Shown: positions 1-10,090 of the stretch, piece after piece | Layout of the letters: every line of letters begins with the position of its first letter | Numbering within the stretch: position 1 is the first letter of the stretch | DNA from: Deinococcus sp. | Lineage (GTDB): Bacteria; Deinococcota; Deinococci; Deinococcales; Deinococcaceae | Length of the DNA: 64,000 bases | Assembly (NCBI GenBank): GCA_965261005.1 | Contig: OZ253375.1 | Location: forward strand, 1,920,001-1,984,000 | Direction: 5' to 3' | Position numbers and translations under genes: made by a program | Notes under the pieces: generated by a model | The model's database searches: none | What the model saw: the letters and a program-made list of their open reading frames with translations, nothing else | What the model was told of the DNA's origin: nothing

Positions 1-732
1 GCGGCGGCGCGCCTTTCGCGCGGCGGGCGCCTGCTGTATATCGGGGCCGGAACCAGCGGGCGCCTCGCCCAGCTGGACGCGGCCGAGCTACCGCCCACCT
101 TCTCCTGGCCCAAGGAAAAAGCCGTGGCGCTGCTGGCCGGCGGCCGTGAGGCGATGTGGGCGGCCAAGGAAGGGGCCGAGGACGACCCGGACGCGGCCAG
201 AACCGACCTGATGGGCGCCGAACTCGGCCCGAACGACGTGCTGCTGGCCCTGGCCGCCTCGGGCACGACCCCCTACGCGCTGGCCGGGCTGCGCTACGCG
301 AAGGAGGTGGGCGCGCTGGCCGTCGGCATCGCCAACAACCCCGGCGCGCCCCTGCTGGCGGAGGCCGACGTGGCGCTGCTGCTGGACAGCGGCCCGGAAG
401 TGGTCGGCGGCAGCACCCGCTTGGGGGCCGGCACCGCGCAGAAGATCGCCCTCAACACCTTTTCGAGCGCGGTGATGGTGCGGCTGGGCAAGGTCTACGG
501 CAACCTGATGGTGGACCTACGCGCCAGCAACGCCAAGCTGCGGGCGCGCGCCGAACGTCTGGTGACGCTGGCGGCCGGGGTGGACGCGGCGGCGGCCCGC
601 GCGGCGCTGGCGGCCTGCGACGGGCAGGTGAGCGTGGCGCTCATCAGCCTGCGGCGCGGCGTGGGAGCGGACGAGGCGCGCGCCTTGCTGAAGGCCGCCG
701 GCGGCCACGTCCGGCGCGCCCTGGAGAAATAG
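1..732 (+). CDS. murQ: N-acetylmuramic acid 6-phosphate etherase (5' partial)
   Basis: SIS-domain motifs YIGAGTSGRLA, AASGTTPY, GPEVVGGSTRLGAGTAQKIALN, GKVYGNLMVD; frame open from the window start. Confidence 0.93.
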   Translation, partial: AAARLSRGGRLLYIGAGTSGRLAQLDAAELPPTFSWPKEKAVALLAGGREAMWAAKEGAEDDPDAARTDLMGAELGPNDVLLALAASGTTPYALAGLRYAKEVGALAVGIANNPGAPLLAEADVALLLDSGPEVVGGSTRLGAGTAQKIALNTFSSAVMVRLGKVYGNLMVDLRASNAKLRARAERLVTLAAGVDAAAARAALAACDGQVSVALISLRRGVGADEARALLKAAGGHVRRALEK

Positions 733-1563
733 GTGTACGGGGTCGGCGCCGACGTGGGCGGCACCCACGCGCGGGCGCTGCTGACTGAGCGAGGTGAGCC
801 GCTGGCCGAAGGTCTGGCCCCCGGCGGCAATCTGCGCCAGGTGGGGCCGGCGCAGGTGGTGGCGACCCTCGCGGCGGCGCTGACGGACGCCTTTCACAAG
901 GCCGGCCTCGCTCCCGACCTCGGCGCCTGCCGGGTCCACGCCGGGGTGGCGGGCCTGGCGACGCCGGAGGACGGGGCGGCCCTCGCGGCGACCCCGCACC
1001 CCTTCGCCCGCCTGAGCGCGCAGAGCGACGCCCAGTTGGCGCTGGACGCCTATTTCGGCGGCGAGCCGGGGGCGCTCTTGATCGTCGGGACCGGCTGTTT
1101 GGCCCTGGCGCGGGACGCGGGCGGGCAACTCCATCGGCGGCGCGGCTGGGGCTTTCCCTTGGAGGAGGGGGGCGGCGCGGACTTGGGGCTGCGGGCCTTG
1201 CGGCTGGGCCTGGCCGATTGGGAGCGGGGCGAGGAAAGCGCCCTCGCGGCGGCCTTGCAAACCGAGTTCATCTCCCCGCGCGCCGTGATGGAGTGGACCA
1301 GGGGGCAGACTGGCGGCGGCTACGCCCGCTTCGCGCCGCTGCTGTTTGAGGGGGAGGACGAACGCGCCCAGAAGATCGTCGGGGAATGGCGAAGGTCCTG
1401 CCGCTCGCTGCTTCTCAACCTGCTGCGCGTCAGCGGCGTCCCCGCGCTGGGCACCTGGGGCGGCTTGGCGCAGCATTTGCGCTGGCCTGAAGGGGAGCCG
1501 CTGTGGCAACCGGCGCGGCAGTCACCTCTGGCGTGGGCCGCCCGGCAGAGTGCGCAGAAGTGA
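733..1563 (+). CDS. BadF/BadG/BcrA/BcrD-type sugar kinase (probable GlcNAc/MurNAc kinase)
   Basis: N-terminal GADVGGTH, IVGTG and GWGFPL.EGGG motifs; directly follows murQ. Confidence 0.8.
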   Translation: MYGVGADVGGTHARALLTERGEPLAEGLAPGGNLRQVGPAQVVATLAAALTDAFHKAGLAPDLGACRVHAGVAGLATPEDGAALAATPHPFARLSAQSDAQLALDAYFGGEPGALLIVGTGCLALARDAGGQLHRRRGWGFPLEEGGGADLGLRALRLGLADWERGEESALAAALQTEFISPRAVMEWTRGQTGGGYARFAPLLFEGEDERAQKIVGEWRRSCRSLLLNLLRVSGVPALGTWGGLAQHLRWPEGEPLWQPARQSPLAWAARQSAQK

Positions 1564-1575
1564 TACGGTTCACAT

Positions 1576-2958
1576 TTAGGTGCCAGGTGCGGTTTTGTCT
1601 TCGCTGTCATCCTCAACGATAACAGCAACCATCGCTTCATACCCATCCAGTAGACCTCTTGCGAAAGTCAGGAGGGTTGGGCGCGGGTAAGGTTACAGAG
1701 GGCGGCGATGAGCTGAACCCGAAGGGCAAAGCGACGCCGCCGATGTCGGTAGACGCCCTTGAGCACCCGAAAGACCTTCATGCGACGGATGACGTGTTCG
1801 ATTCCTTGGCGGGTATAGGCCAGCACCCGGTTTTCTCGACGCTGCTCTTTGGTCAACGGCTTGGACTTGGTCGCCTTATGCGTGGTGATGGCGTGCCCGT
1901 GGCTTCTCCACAAACCCTGATACCCCGCATCCCCGATCAGGGCCGTGTCATGAGGAAACCGTACCCCAGACTGCCGAAACAGCTTGAGATCATGGATGGC
2001 TCCAGCACTCGTCGCCGTGCCCAGGATGTGCTGAGTCACGGTACAGATCAGGACTTGGAACTTCAAGGTGTGCCGCTTCTTCTTGCCGCTGTACCAGCGG
2101 CGCTGCTTTTTTTGGGTCGTTCACACGGCACTTCGGACGCATCGACGGCCACGATGCTGTAGACCGTCTGCGCTTGCTGGAACACGCGCTTTCTAGGCAT
2201 CTGGAACTGCTGGCTGGCGATCAGGGCTTCTTCGACACGTTCCACCGTGCGGTGCACCGTGGTCTCATGGACGCCCCAGTCGTCACCCAGGTGCGCGAAG
2301 GTGCGGTACTCGCGCCAGAATTCCAGTGTCATCAGAAGTTGTTCAGCCACCCTGAGCGCGGCTGGACGACCAGATTTCTTCTTCTGTCCTTCTCGCTCGA
2401 TCAGCACCGCTTCCATCTGGGCGAAGGTTTCGGGATACACCCCGGTGCGTCGGCGGAACTGCTTGCGGTTCATCTTCAGTGTCCGTCTCAGGCGATCTCG
2501 CTCCACCCCTTGAGCTTAACCCACGACTTTCGCAAGAGGTCTATTAACTTATGTCTCCGAAATATAGCCATTGTTTTTGGCGCGTAGTCAAAACCCACTG
2601 TTAGATTTGGTTGAGAAGATAATTTGAAAGAGGATGCCGTAGCGCCGTAATCGGTACGCCAAGGCATATCGAAAATCCAGCCGTCACCTAACGCATCTTG
2701 TATTTTTCCGGCTGTGGTCTTCAAGTCCTCATGTGTCACCGTACAAAACTGATGTTTCCCACCTTCGATTATTATGTCCTCTGGGCAATTTACTACTTTC
2801 AAACCTAAGCTTTGCATCTTCGTCTTGATTTCATCAAATAAAGTGTCAATTGTATAGCTTGCAGCCACTTTCTTATACCCTTTGCTATTAATAGCGAAAC
2901 CAACAATTCCGAGAACAGCAATACTACTTAAGACTATCGAAGTAGTACGAACGCTCAT
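1576..2958 (-). pseudogene. Putative immunity protein paralog 3, split by an IS5-family element
   Basis: The 5' part (2958-2543) shares the MPWRTDYG motif with paralogs 1 and 2; the 3' part (1651-1576) resumes in frame as DGYEAMVAVIVEDDSEDKTAPGT*, matching the paralog C-termini. Confidence 0.85.
1652..2542 (-). mobile_element. IS5-family (ISL2/IS1381-like) insertion sequence, copy 1, 891 bp
   Basis: Terminal inverted repeats AGACCTCTTGCGAAAGTC; two overlapping ORFs (2506-2063, 2066-1668) linked by an A7G slippery site; DDE motifs VDASE and GDAGYQG; same sequence as 49462-50352. Confidence 0.92.
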
Positions 2959-2960
2959 AC

Positions 2961-3095
2961 CTATTTTACCTTCCTACCCGGATGCCACATTTCCCAAATT
3001 CTGAGAAGACGAAGCAGAACGTCATGCAGAACTCTGTCTGATAGTTCGACGCCTTTATCTTTCGACATTTTTTTAGAGGAAGCATTGCAAGCAAG
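2961..3095 (-). pseudogene. Orphan variant of the lipase toxin C-terminal ~45 aa
   Basis: Translates to LACNASSKKMSKDKGVELSDRVLHDVLLRLLRIWEMWHPGRKVK*, homologous to the end of 4229-6253. Confidence 0.8.
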
Positions 3096-3112
3096 TAAAA
3101 GGCGAGAGCCTT

Positions 3113-3595
3113 TCATGTGCCAGGATTTTCATTGGTATCCTCTTCGACGAATACACTAACAGCGCCTTTATACTCTTGAGGGATTTGTTGATCTTTATCC
3201 AAAAACTCTTTCGGAGTGTAATCGAATGATACGCTAAGGCTTGGATCATCCTTTACTTTAAAAATTGCCATAGTTGAACCGTAATCTGTCCTCCAAGGCA
3301 TAGAAAATTCGTACTCATCTCCAAGCGCCTGATGAACCTTGAGGGCGAAGGTTTTTAGGTCGTCTTTAACTGCTCCGCAAAATCGATATTTATAATCTTT
3401 GAATATTGAAGTTTCCGGACATGGAATGATTTCGATCCCTATTTCTTGCTTTGCACCGCTGGAGATTCCCTCAAAAACCGTATTTAACGTGTACACTTTT
3501 TTCACCCCCTTCTCCTTTATGCTTTGCGATTCGACTTCATATACAAAGGCACCTGCTAAAGCGATACCAAGAATCAACAGTACGCTCTTATTCAT
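3113..3595 (-). CDS. Putative immunity protein paralog 2 (N-terminal hydrophobic anchor or signal)
   Basis: 160 aa, low GC; shares CPETSIFKDYKY.FCG and YEFSMPWRTDYG with paralog 1. Confidence 0.7.
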   Translation of the reverse strand: MNKSVLLILGIALAGAFVYEVESQSIKEKGVKKVYTLNTVFEGISSGAKQEIGIEIIPCPETSIFKDYKYRFCGAVKDDLKTFALKVHQALGDEYEFSMPWRTDYGSTMAIFKVKDDPSLSVSFDYTPKEFLDKDQQIPQEYKGAVSVFVEEDTNENPGT

Positions 3596-3726
3596 ACTTT
3601 TTTCCAGGGTGCCATTGCTGCCAAATTTGTTTCAATCTTCGGTTCAGGCGAATACGCAATTCCTGTGGTATTTCCACACCCTTATCCTTCGCCATTTTGT
3701 AGAAGGAGGCTTTGTAAGCGAAGGAG
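3588..3726 (-). pseudogene. Orphan variant of the lipase toxin C-terminal ~45 aa
   Basis: Translates to SFAYKASFYKMAKDKGVEIPQELRIRLNRRLKQIWQQWHPGKKYE*; the toxin end is SFAYKASFYKMAKDKGVEIPARTRDSLNRQLLQIWQRWHPGKKR*. Confidence 0.88.
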
Positions 3727-3749
3727 TAAAACAATGTCTATAAAGCTAT

Positions 3750-4232
3750 TTAGATGCCGGGACTGTCAACAGAGTCTTTTTCTATAAAAACACGAACAGC
3801 CCCGATATACTCGTTTGGTATCTGATTTTTCTCGTCCAAAAACTCCTTCGGAACATAGCTAAAAAGCACATTAATTTGCGGGCTTTTTCTAACCCTGAAA
3901 ACTGCGGTGGTGTCACCGTAATCCGTCCTCCAAGGCATGGAAAATTCGTACTCATCTCCGAGCATCTGATGAACTTTGGCGGCGAAACTCTTCAAGTCGT
4001 CTTTAATCGCTCCGCAAAACTGATATTTATAATCTTTAAATATTGACGTTTCTGGACATGGAACGATTTTTACGCCTACTTCTTGCTGGGTGTCCCTAGA
4101 AATTTCATCAAAAACCGTGTCTAAGGTGTACACTCTCCCGGCTCCTTTATCACCCGTGATCTTGGATTCAATCGCGTACACAGTAATACTCGCTAAAGCA
4201 ATACCAGCAGTCAATACCATACCCTTTCTCAT
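3750..4232 (-). CDS. Putative cognate immunity protein paralog 1
   Basis: ATG overlaps the lipase stop (ATGA coupling); hydrophobic N-terminus; MPWRTDYG motif. Confidence 0.7.
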   Translation of the reverse strand: MRKGMVLTAGIALASITVYAIESKITGDKGAGRVYTLDTVFDEISRDTQQEVGVKIVPCPETSIFKDYKYQFCGAIKDDLKSFAAKVHQMLGDEYEFSMPWRTDYGDTTAVFRVRKSPQINVLFSYVPKEFLDEKNQIPNEYIGAVRVFIEKDSVDSPGI

Positions 4233-6253
4233 CGCTTTTTCCCCGGATGCCAGCGCTGCCAAATTTGAAGTAGCTGACGGTTTAAACTGTCGCGTGTACG
4301 AGCGGGTATTTCGACGCCCTTATCCTTTGCCATTTTGTAGAAGGAAGCTTTATAGGCGAAGGAGGGGATGGGCAGGGCGTTGGCGAAGGGATGATCGAAG
4401 TCTTCGGTATAATCGGGCAGTCCCATCTGAATCGCCAAGCGCTTGGCGTTCTCGGAAAGCGGCAAGTGCGCCGCCTCGCCGCTGTTCAGCCACGCCCGCA
4501 CCTTGTCCAGGTCCTTGGGGTCTTCGATCTGCTTGACCCGGTTCTCGACCTCTTCGAGCAAGAGGTTGTAGGCGACGTTGGCTTGGAAGGTGCCGGCGTA
4601 GAGGTCCTTGGTCATGTCCAGCAGCGCCGCCCAGTCCCGCGCCGTCTCCATGCTCAGCCGGGGATCGAAGTCGCTGTGCTCTTGCGCCTCATAGTTCATC
4701 TGGACTTGGGTGCCGGGGTGTTCGGTGTATTGCCGGTCCTTGACGCCGTACTGAAGGATCGCCTTCTGTTGCGCCGTCAGGTTGCCGGGGTCCATGCTGC
4801 CCAGCCAGGCCGTCAGCGGATAGGCGACGTGCGTTTTGGTGGCGAAGTCCGCCCAGTGTCCCGGCCGCAGCGCCGTGCTGCTGGTGAAGCCCGCGTCGTT
4901 CTTGCCCTTCTCCAAGCGGTCGAAGTACTGAATGATCCCTGGCAAAAAGCCGTCCCCGCCGTTCGGCACGATGTCCCCCCGCACCCGGTAGTGGGTGGCG
5001 CCGATCACGTTGTTCGTAAAGCTGTCCCCCGCGTGTGTCCTGTTGTTCTTGGCGACGCTTTGAACATCCTTTTGGTTGACGCCCGCCGACTCGAAGGTGA
5101 CGACCCGGCTGACGCTCCCCTCGAAGCGGGAGGCCACGATCTGCGCCAGGGCGCCGCCCAAGCTGTGCCCGGAAACCCACAGCTTGCCCGTGGCGCTCAG
5201 CTGGGCGGCGTGTTGGACCCACTGCGCGATCAGCGCTTGGTTCTGGTCGAATTGCGGTAAGCCGATGCCGGCGGCGATGCCGTCTCCCACCAAGGTGTCC
5301 AGCCCGCTCTCAATGGCGGCTTGTACGTCCGCCCCCTGCGCTGTGTTGGGCGGTCCCGCCTGTTGGGCGAGCTTTTTGAGGACGGCGGCCCCGTCCACGT
5401 CAAAGCCGATGCCCTCGGTGCCGCGCAGGGCGAGGATGACCTGGGGGTACTTGGCGTTCAGCGCTTCATGCTTGCCGTCCGGCCGGAACACCCGGAACTG
5501 CAACCCCCACTTGCCGAGCACCAACGGTTCGGCCGTGTACCCGAAGGCCGTCAGCAGCTTGGCGGGGTGGGCGCCCTGCTTGTCGTCGTGGTCGCTGAAC
5601 TCGGCGTCGTTCATGTAGGCCAGCCGGACGGTGAGCTGTTCGATAAAGGCGTCATAGGTCAGCCGCTCCCCGTCTATGGGCAGCGGCATGTTGATGGCGC
5701 GCATCAGGTGAACGGCCTTCGCGGTGCCGAGCAGGTCGGTGAGCTTGACGAAGAAGGATTCCTGCTTGTTGTCGTGGCGACCGACGTAGAGCCGGGAGAG
5801 GTCTTTCAGCTTTTCTTCGGGGAGGGCGAGCAGGAGTTGTTTCAGCTTGGCCGGGTTGATCGCCGGCTTGCCGAGCACAAGGGACATGCCGTCGAGGGAA
5901 AAGGCCAGCTCGTACAGCTCTTGTGAAAACTGTTCGGGGCCACCAGACAGGTCCCTGTGGGGATCGAAGTGGAGGAACTTGGTTTGGTTCGCCCGCTCTG
6001 CTGGGGTCAGTGGGTAGGCGTCCAGGCTGGCGAGGGCGTCTTGGTAGCGCGCCTTATAGGCCGTGACCGTCTCCGGTTGGTTCTCCTCGGCGTGCGTCAG
6101 CCTGTCGCGCGCCCGCTTGAGCCGGCTTTTGGCTTCTGCCCGGTCGGAGGCGGCTGTTCTCGGCTGGGGCGGGGCTGCAAAGGCGAGCGGGCGCTCCTGT
6201 TGGGGCCGCTGCTGACCTTGCTGCTGGCGCCGGGACAGGTCGTAGTCGTACAT
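4229..6253 (-). CDS. Class-3-lipase-like alpha/beta hydrolase, putative toxin effector
   Basis: ILALRGTE, nucleophile elbow VSGHSLGGALAQ, VVTFES and GDIVP motifs; Q/P-rich N-terminus; no signal peptide. Confidence 0.8.
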   Translation of the reverse strand: MYDYDLSRRQQQGQQRPQQERPLAFAAPPQPRTAASDRAEAKSRLKRARDRLTHAEENQPETVTAYKARYQDALASLDAYPLTPAERANQTKFLHFDPHRDLSGGPEQFSQELYELAFSLDGMSLVLGKPAINPAKLKQLLLALPEEKLKDLSRLYVGRHDNKQESFFVKLTDLLGTAKAVHLMRAINMPLPIDGERLTYDAFIEQLTVRLAYMNDAEFSDHDDKQGAHPAKLLTAFGYTAEPLVLGKWGLQFRVFRPDGKHEALNAKYPQVILALRGTEGIGFDVDGAAVLKKLAQQAGPPNTAQGADVQAAIESGLDTLVGDGIAAGIGLPQFDQNQALIAQWVQHAAQLSATGKLWVSGHSLGGALAQIVASRFEGSVSRVVTFESAGVNQKDVQSVAKNNRTHAGDSFTNNVIGATHYRVRGDIVPNGGDGFLPGIIQYFDRLEKGKNDAGFTSSTALRPGHWADFATKTHVAYPLTAWLGSMDPGNLTAQQKAILQYGVKDRQYTEHPGTQVQMNYEAQEHSDFDPRLSMETARDWAALLDMTKDLYAGTFQANVAYNLLLEEVENRVKQIEDPKDLDKVRAWLNSGEAAHLPLSENAKRLAIQMGLPDYTEDFDHPFANALPIPSFAYKASFYKMAKDKGVEIPARTRDSLNRQLLQIWQRWHPGKKR

Positions 6254-6439
6254 GCTTGGCCTGAGCTTACCTCACGGGGCTGCGGCGTCCTCGTTATGTT
6301 CTTGGCAGCGTGGAATAGGCCGGTGATAAACACCTCAAAGTTGATACCACACGTCCAGCGTGGCGGCGCGATAGGCAAGCGCTTCTTCGAGCGGTTGCCT
6401 ATCGCGCCGCCCTAACCAGTACTTCATACTGGGGGGCAC

Positions 6440-9400
6440 ATGACCCTTCAAGCGTTGGAGGCTTACGGCCGTGAGGCAAACGGTATCTATCGCTCAGGCT
6501 CAGGCGTCGCGGAAACGTCCTACTACCCGCCGCTGTCCAACCTGCTGAACGCCGTCGGCGCCACCCTCAAGCCCAAGGTGCGCGCGATCATCAACATCGC
6601 CAACCGGGGTGCCGGCATTCCAGACGGCGGCCTGTTCACCCCCGACCAGTTCCAGCGCGGCGAGGGCGAGCCGCAACGCGGCACGCTTCCCTCGCGCGGC
6701 GCCATCGAGGTCAAGGGGACGGGCAAAGAGGTGCGCGCCATCGTTGCCTCTCAGCAGGTCAAGGATTACCTGGGGTTGTACGGCTCCGTTCTGGTCACGA
6801 ACCTGCGCGCCTTTGCCTTGGTGGTGCGGGGCAACGACGGCGGGCCGCGCGTGCTGGAGGAGTACCAGTTGGCCGACTCGGAGGCGGCCTTTTGGCAGGC
6901 CGTCCAGAACCCCCGCGCCCTTGCCGAGCGTCACGCCGAGCCGTTCGGGGAGTACCTGCGCCGGGTGATGCTCCACAAGGCCGAACTCAGCAGCCCGCAA
7001 GAGGTGGCCTGGTTCCTGGCCTCCTACGCCCGTGACGCCCGCTTCCGCCTCACCCACAGCCGCCTGGACGCGCTGGAAAAGGTGCGCGCCGCGCTGAGCG
7101 AAGCCCTGGACCTCAAATTTGAGGGGGACAAGGGCGAGGCGTTCTTCCGCTCCACGCTGGTGCAGACCCTCTTTTACGGGCTGTTTTCGGCCTGGGTGCT
7201 GCATCATCAGGACGGGCGAACGGAGCGCTTCGAGTGGAAGAGCGCCGCTTGGGAGTTGCACTTGCCGCTGATGCAACGCCTCTTTTCCGAACTCGCCAAC
7301 CCGAGCGCCCAGCGCGGCCTCACGCTCTCCGAGGTGCTGGACTGGGCGACGGACACGCTGAACCGCGTGCGAACGGACGAGTTCTTCAAGAAGTTCGAGG
7401 CCGAGCGCGCCGTTCAGTATTTTTACGAGCCGTTTCTGGAAGCCTACGACCCGGACTTGCGGCGCGAGTTCGGCGTGTGGTACACCCCGCCCGAAATCGT
7501 GGAATACATGGTGGAACGGGTGGACCGCGTACTGCGCGAAGAACTGGCCTTGCCGCTGGGATTGGCCGATCCGGGCGTGGTGGTGCTGGACCCCTGTACC
7601 GGCACCGGCTCCTACCTGGCCGAAGTGGTGCGCCGCATTCACCGCACCATGCGCGAGGCCGGCACGCTGGACGCCCTGAGCGGGGACGACTTGAAGCAAG
7701 CCGTGACCTCGCGCCTGTTTGGCTTCGAGCTGATGCCCGCCCCCTACGTGGTCGCCCACCTGCAACTGGGCCTGTTGCTGTCGCGCCTGGGCAGCCCCTT
7801 GGCCGCAAACGAGCGCGCGGGCGTGTACCTGACCAATTCGCTGACCGACTGGGAACCGCACCCCGGCGAGGGTCAGCAGCGGTTGGGTTTTGCCGAACTG
7901 CAAGACGAACACGACGCGGCCGTGAGCATCAAGCGCGACGAACGCATTCTGGTGATCCTGGGCAACCCGCCCTACAACGCCTTCGCGGGCGTGGCCGCCA
8001 AGGAAGAACAGGGGTTTGTGGACGCCTACAAAGCGGGGCTGAACACGACCTGGGGCATCAAGAAGTTCAACCTCGACGATTTGTACGTGCGCTTCTTCCG
8101 CCTGGCCGAGCGGCGCATCACCAAAACCGGGCGCGGCGTGGTGGCGTACATCAGCAACGCCTCGTATCTGAGCGACCCGTCTTTTGTGACCATGCGGCAA
8201 CGGTTCTTGGGCGAATTTGACGCCCTGTGGTTCGACAACCTGAACGGCGACAGCCGCGAAACCGGCAAGCTCACCCCGCAAGGGTTGCCCGACCCCAGCG
8301 TGTTCTCGACGGAATGGAACAAGGCCGGCATTCGCGTGGGCACGGCCGTGGGGCTGATGGTGCGCCGGGCCGGGCGCGCCGAGGTGCCAACCGTCCACTA
8401 CCGTGAGTTTTGGGGCGTGGCGAAGCGGGCCGAACTGCTGGGCAGCTTGGAAACGGGAAGCGCGACTGCATACGCCCCCGCCCAACCCGTCCCGGCCAAC
8501 CGCTACAGCTTCCGCCCGGAAGAGGTCGGGAGCGAGTACAGGGAGTGGGCCAAGCTGACCGAACTGTGCGCCGAGCCGCCGATGAATGGCCTGATGGAAA
8601 AGCGCGGTGGGGCGCTGATGGATTATGACCGGGGCGAGCTGGAACGCCGCATGAAGTTGTATTACGACCGGGGCACGTCCTGGGAAACGCTGGCCGCGTT
8701 GAACACGGGCCTGACGGAAGAGGCGGCGCGTTTTGCGCCGAAGCAAGCCCGCGCGAAGGTACAAGCGGCGGAAGCTTTCGACGCGGGCCGTCTGCTTCGT
8801 TATGTGGTGAGGCCGTTTGATACCCGCTGGGCGTACTACAGTGGCGTTCGCCCGCTCTGGAATGAACCTAGGCCGAAGCTTTGGGCGCAGATGTGGCCGG
8901 GGAATTCGTTTCTTATCAGCCGTCCGGCTGGTGCCACAAGTGAAGAAGGTGCGCCATTCTTCTTCACCTCCCGGCTTGGCGACAACGACTTTTTACGCGG
9001 TCATGCTTATTACTTCCCCCTTCAACTCAAAATCCAGCCGCCCGCCGTTTCACTCTTCAATCCCTCGGCGCCCCAAGAAGCCCGCATCGTCGCCAACCTC
9101 TCCGGGCGTGCCCGCGCCTACCTGCAAGAACTGGGCGCCCCCGATCCCGACGAGAGCGCCGAGACGGCCAAGCTGATCTGGCTTCACGCCCTCGCCATCG
9201 GCTTTTCCCCGGCCTACCTGGGCGAACATGCGGACGGCATCAAGGGGGACTGGCCGCGCGTGCCGCTGCCCGCTTCGCTGGACACGCTGCGAGCTTCCGC
9301 CGCCCTGGGCGAGCGCGTCGCGGCCCTGCTCGACGGCGAGGCGCCTTCTCTACCGCCGGAAGTGGCGGGTGTGGCCGTGATCTCGCGGGTGGGCGGCGGT

Positions 9401-9826
9401 CAGCTCGCCCCCTCGGACTTGAGCGTGACGGCCGGTTGGGGCCACGGCGGCAAGGGCGGCGTGACCATGCCCGGCAAGGGCAAGACGGAAACGCGGGGCA
9501 GCACGCTCGACCCGCGCCTGGGCGCAACGGTGCTGGACGTGTACCTGAACGGGATGGCCTATTGGAAGGACGTGCCGGCCAAAGTCTGGGGCTATACCAT
9601 CGGCGGCTATCAGGTGCTCAAGAAGTGGCTGAGCTACCGCGAAGCGGCCTTGCTGGGGCGCCCCCTGACCAGTGAAGAGGTGCGCGAGGTGCGCGGCATC
9701 GCCCAGCGGCTCGCGGCGCTGGTGCTGCTTGAAGAGGAGCTGGACGCCAATTACCGCGCCGTGCTGGCGGCGACTTGGGCCTGGGCGCCGGGCGAGGGCG
9801 TTATACAAAATGCCGCCCCGGTGTAG
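6440..9826 (+). CDS. Single-chain restriction-modification enzyme (type IIG/IIL-like: nuclease, N6-adenine MTase, ISP-type C-terminal specificity domain)
   Basis: PD...EVK nuclease motif (IPDGG...AIEVK), GVWYTP, LDPCTGTG, ILGNPPY, C-terminal VWGYTIGGYQVLKKWLSYR; no helicase motifs. Confidence 0.85.
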   Translation: MTLQALEAYGREANGIYRSGSGVAETSYYPPLSNLLNAVGATLKPKVRAIINIANRGAGIPDGGLFTPDQFQRGEGEPQRGTLPSRGAIEVKGTGKEVRAIVASQQVKDYLGLYGSVLVTNLRAFALVVRGNDGGPRVLEEYQLADSEAAFWQAVQNPRALAERHAEPFGEYLRRVMLHKAELSSPQEVAWFLASYARDARFRLTHSRLDALEKVRAALSEALDLKFEGDKGEAFFRSTLVQTLFYGLFSAWVLHHQDGRTERFEWKSAAWELHLPLMQRLFSELANPSAQRGLTLSEVLDWATDTLNRVRTDEFFKKFEAERAVQYFYEPFLEAYDPDLRREFGVWYTPPEIVEYMVERVDRVLREELALPLGLADPGVVVLDPCTGTGSYLAEVVRRIHRTMREAGTLDALSGDDLKQAVTSRLFGFELMPAPYVVAHLQLGLLLSRLGSPLAANERAGVYLTNSLTDWEPHPGEGQQRLGFAELQDEHDAAVSIKRDERILVILGNPPYNAFAGVAAKEEQGFVDAYKAGLNTTWGIKKFNLDDLYVRFFRLAERRITKTGRGVVAYISNASYLSDPSFVTMRQRFLGEFDALWFDNLNGDSRETGKLTPQGLPDPSVFSTEWNKAGIRVGTAVGLMVRRAGRAEVPTVHYREFWGVAKRAELLGSLETGSATAYAPAQPVPANRYSFRPEEVGSEYREWAKLTELCAEPPMNGLMEKRGGALMDYDRGELERRMKLYYDRGTSWETLAALNTGLTEEAARFAPKQARAKVQAAEAFDAGRLLRYVVRPFDTRWAYYSGVRPLWNEPRPKLWAQMWPGNSFLISRPAGATSEEGAPFFFTSRLGDNDFLRGHAYYFPLQLKIQPPAVSLFNPSAPQEARIVANLSGRARAYLQELGAPDPDESAETAKLIWLHALAIGFSPAYLGEHADGIKGDWPRVPLPASLDTLRASAALGERVAALLDGEAPSLPPEVAGVAVISRVGGGQLAPSDLSVTAGWGHGGKGGVTMPGKGKTETRGSTLDPRLGATVLDVYLNGMAYWKDVPAKVWGYTIGGYQVLKKWLSYREAALLGRPLTSEEVREVRGIAQRLAALVLLEEELDANYRAVLAATWAWAPGEGVIQNAAPV

Positions 9827-9840
9827 GGGCGGCAGAGAGA

Positions 9841-9860
9841 AAGGGGCCTTGCGGCCCCCG
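9841..9860. terminator. Hairpin after the R-M gene
   Basis: GGGGCC-TTGC-GGCCCC between convergent stop codons. Confidence 0.5.
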
Positions 9861-9864
9861 TCTC

Positions 9865-10090
9865 TCAGTCGGCCGCCTGCTTCAGCTCTTCGGCCGGCTG
9901 GTACTCGGGCAAGGCGAAGAGGCCGTACTCGCCCAAGTCCAGCTCTTTGTGAAGGGTCAAACCCAGCGTGCCGAAGAGAAAGCCGGAGAGGTCGTAAGCC
10001 ATCGCTTCGCGGACCTTCAAAGTCCAGCAGAGGGCGCGGCCACGGGTGACGGTGACGACTTCTACGGGGCTGCCCGTGCCTTCGCAAAGG
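9865..10090 (-). pseudogene. 5'-truncated small hypothetical gene remnant
   Basis: Reads ALCEGTGSPVEVV...EELKQAAD* with typical codon usage and abuts the integrase remnant back-to-back. Confidence 0.4.

Noticed and set aside
1560..1650. attL/attR copy of the tRNA-Lys 3' end at the island's left edge
   Set aside because: No match visible; the sequence is the displaced 3' end of immunity paralog 3.
6500..8764. Long antisense or alternate-frame ORFs (also 14286-16430, 46412-48019, 57632-60046 and others)
   Set aside because: Shadow ORFs of GC-rich genes with no recognisable motifs.
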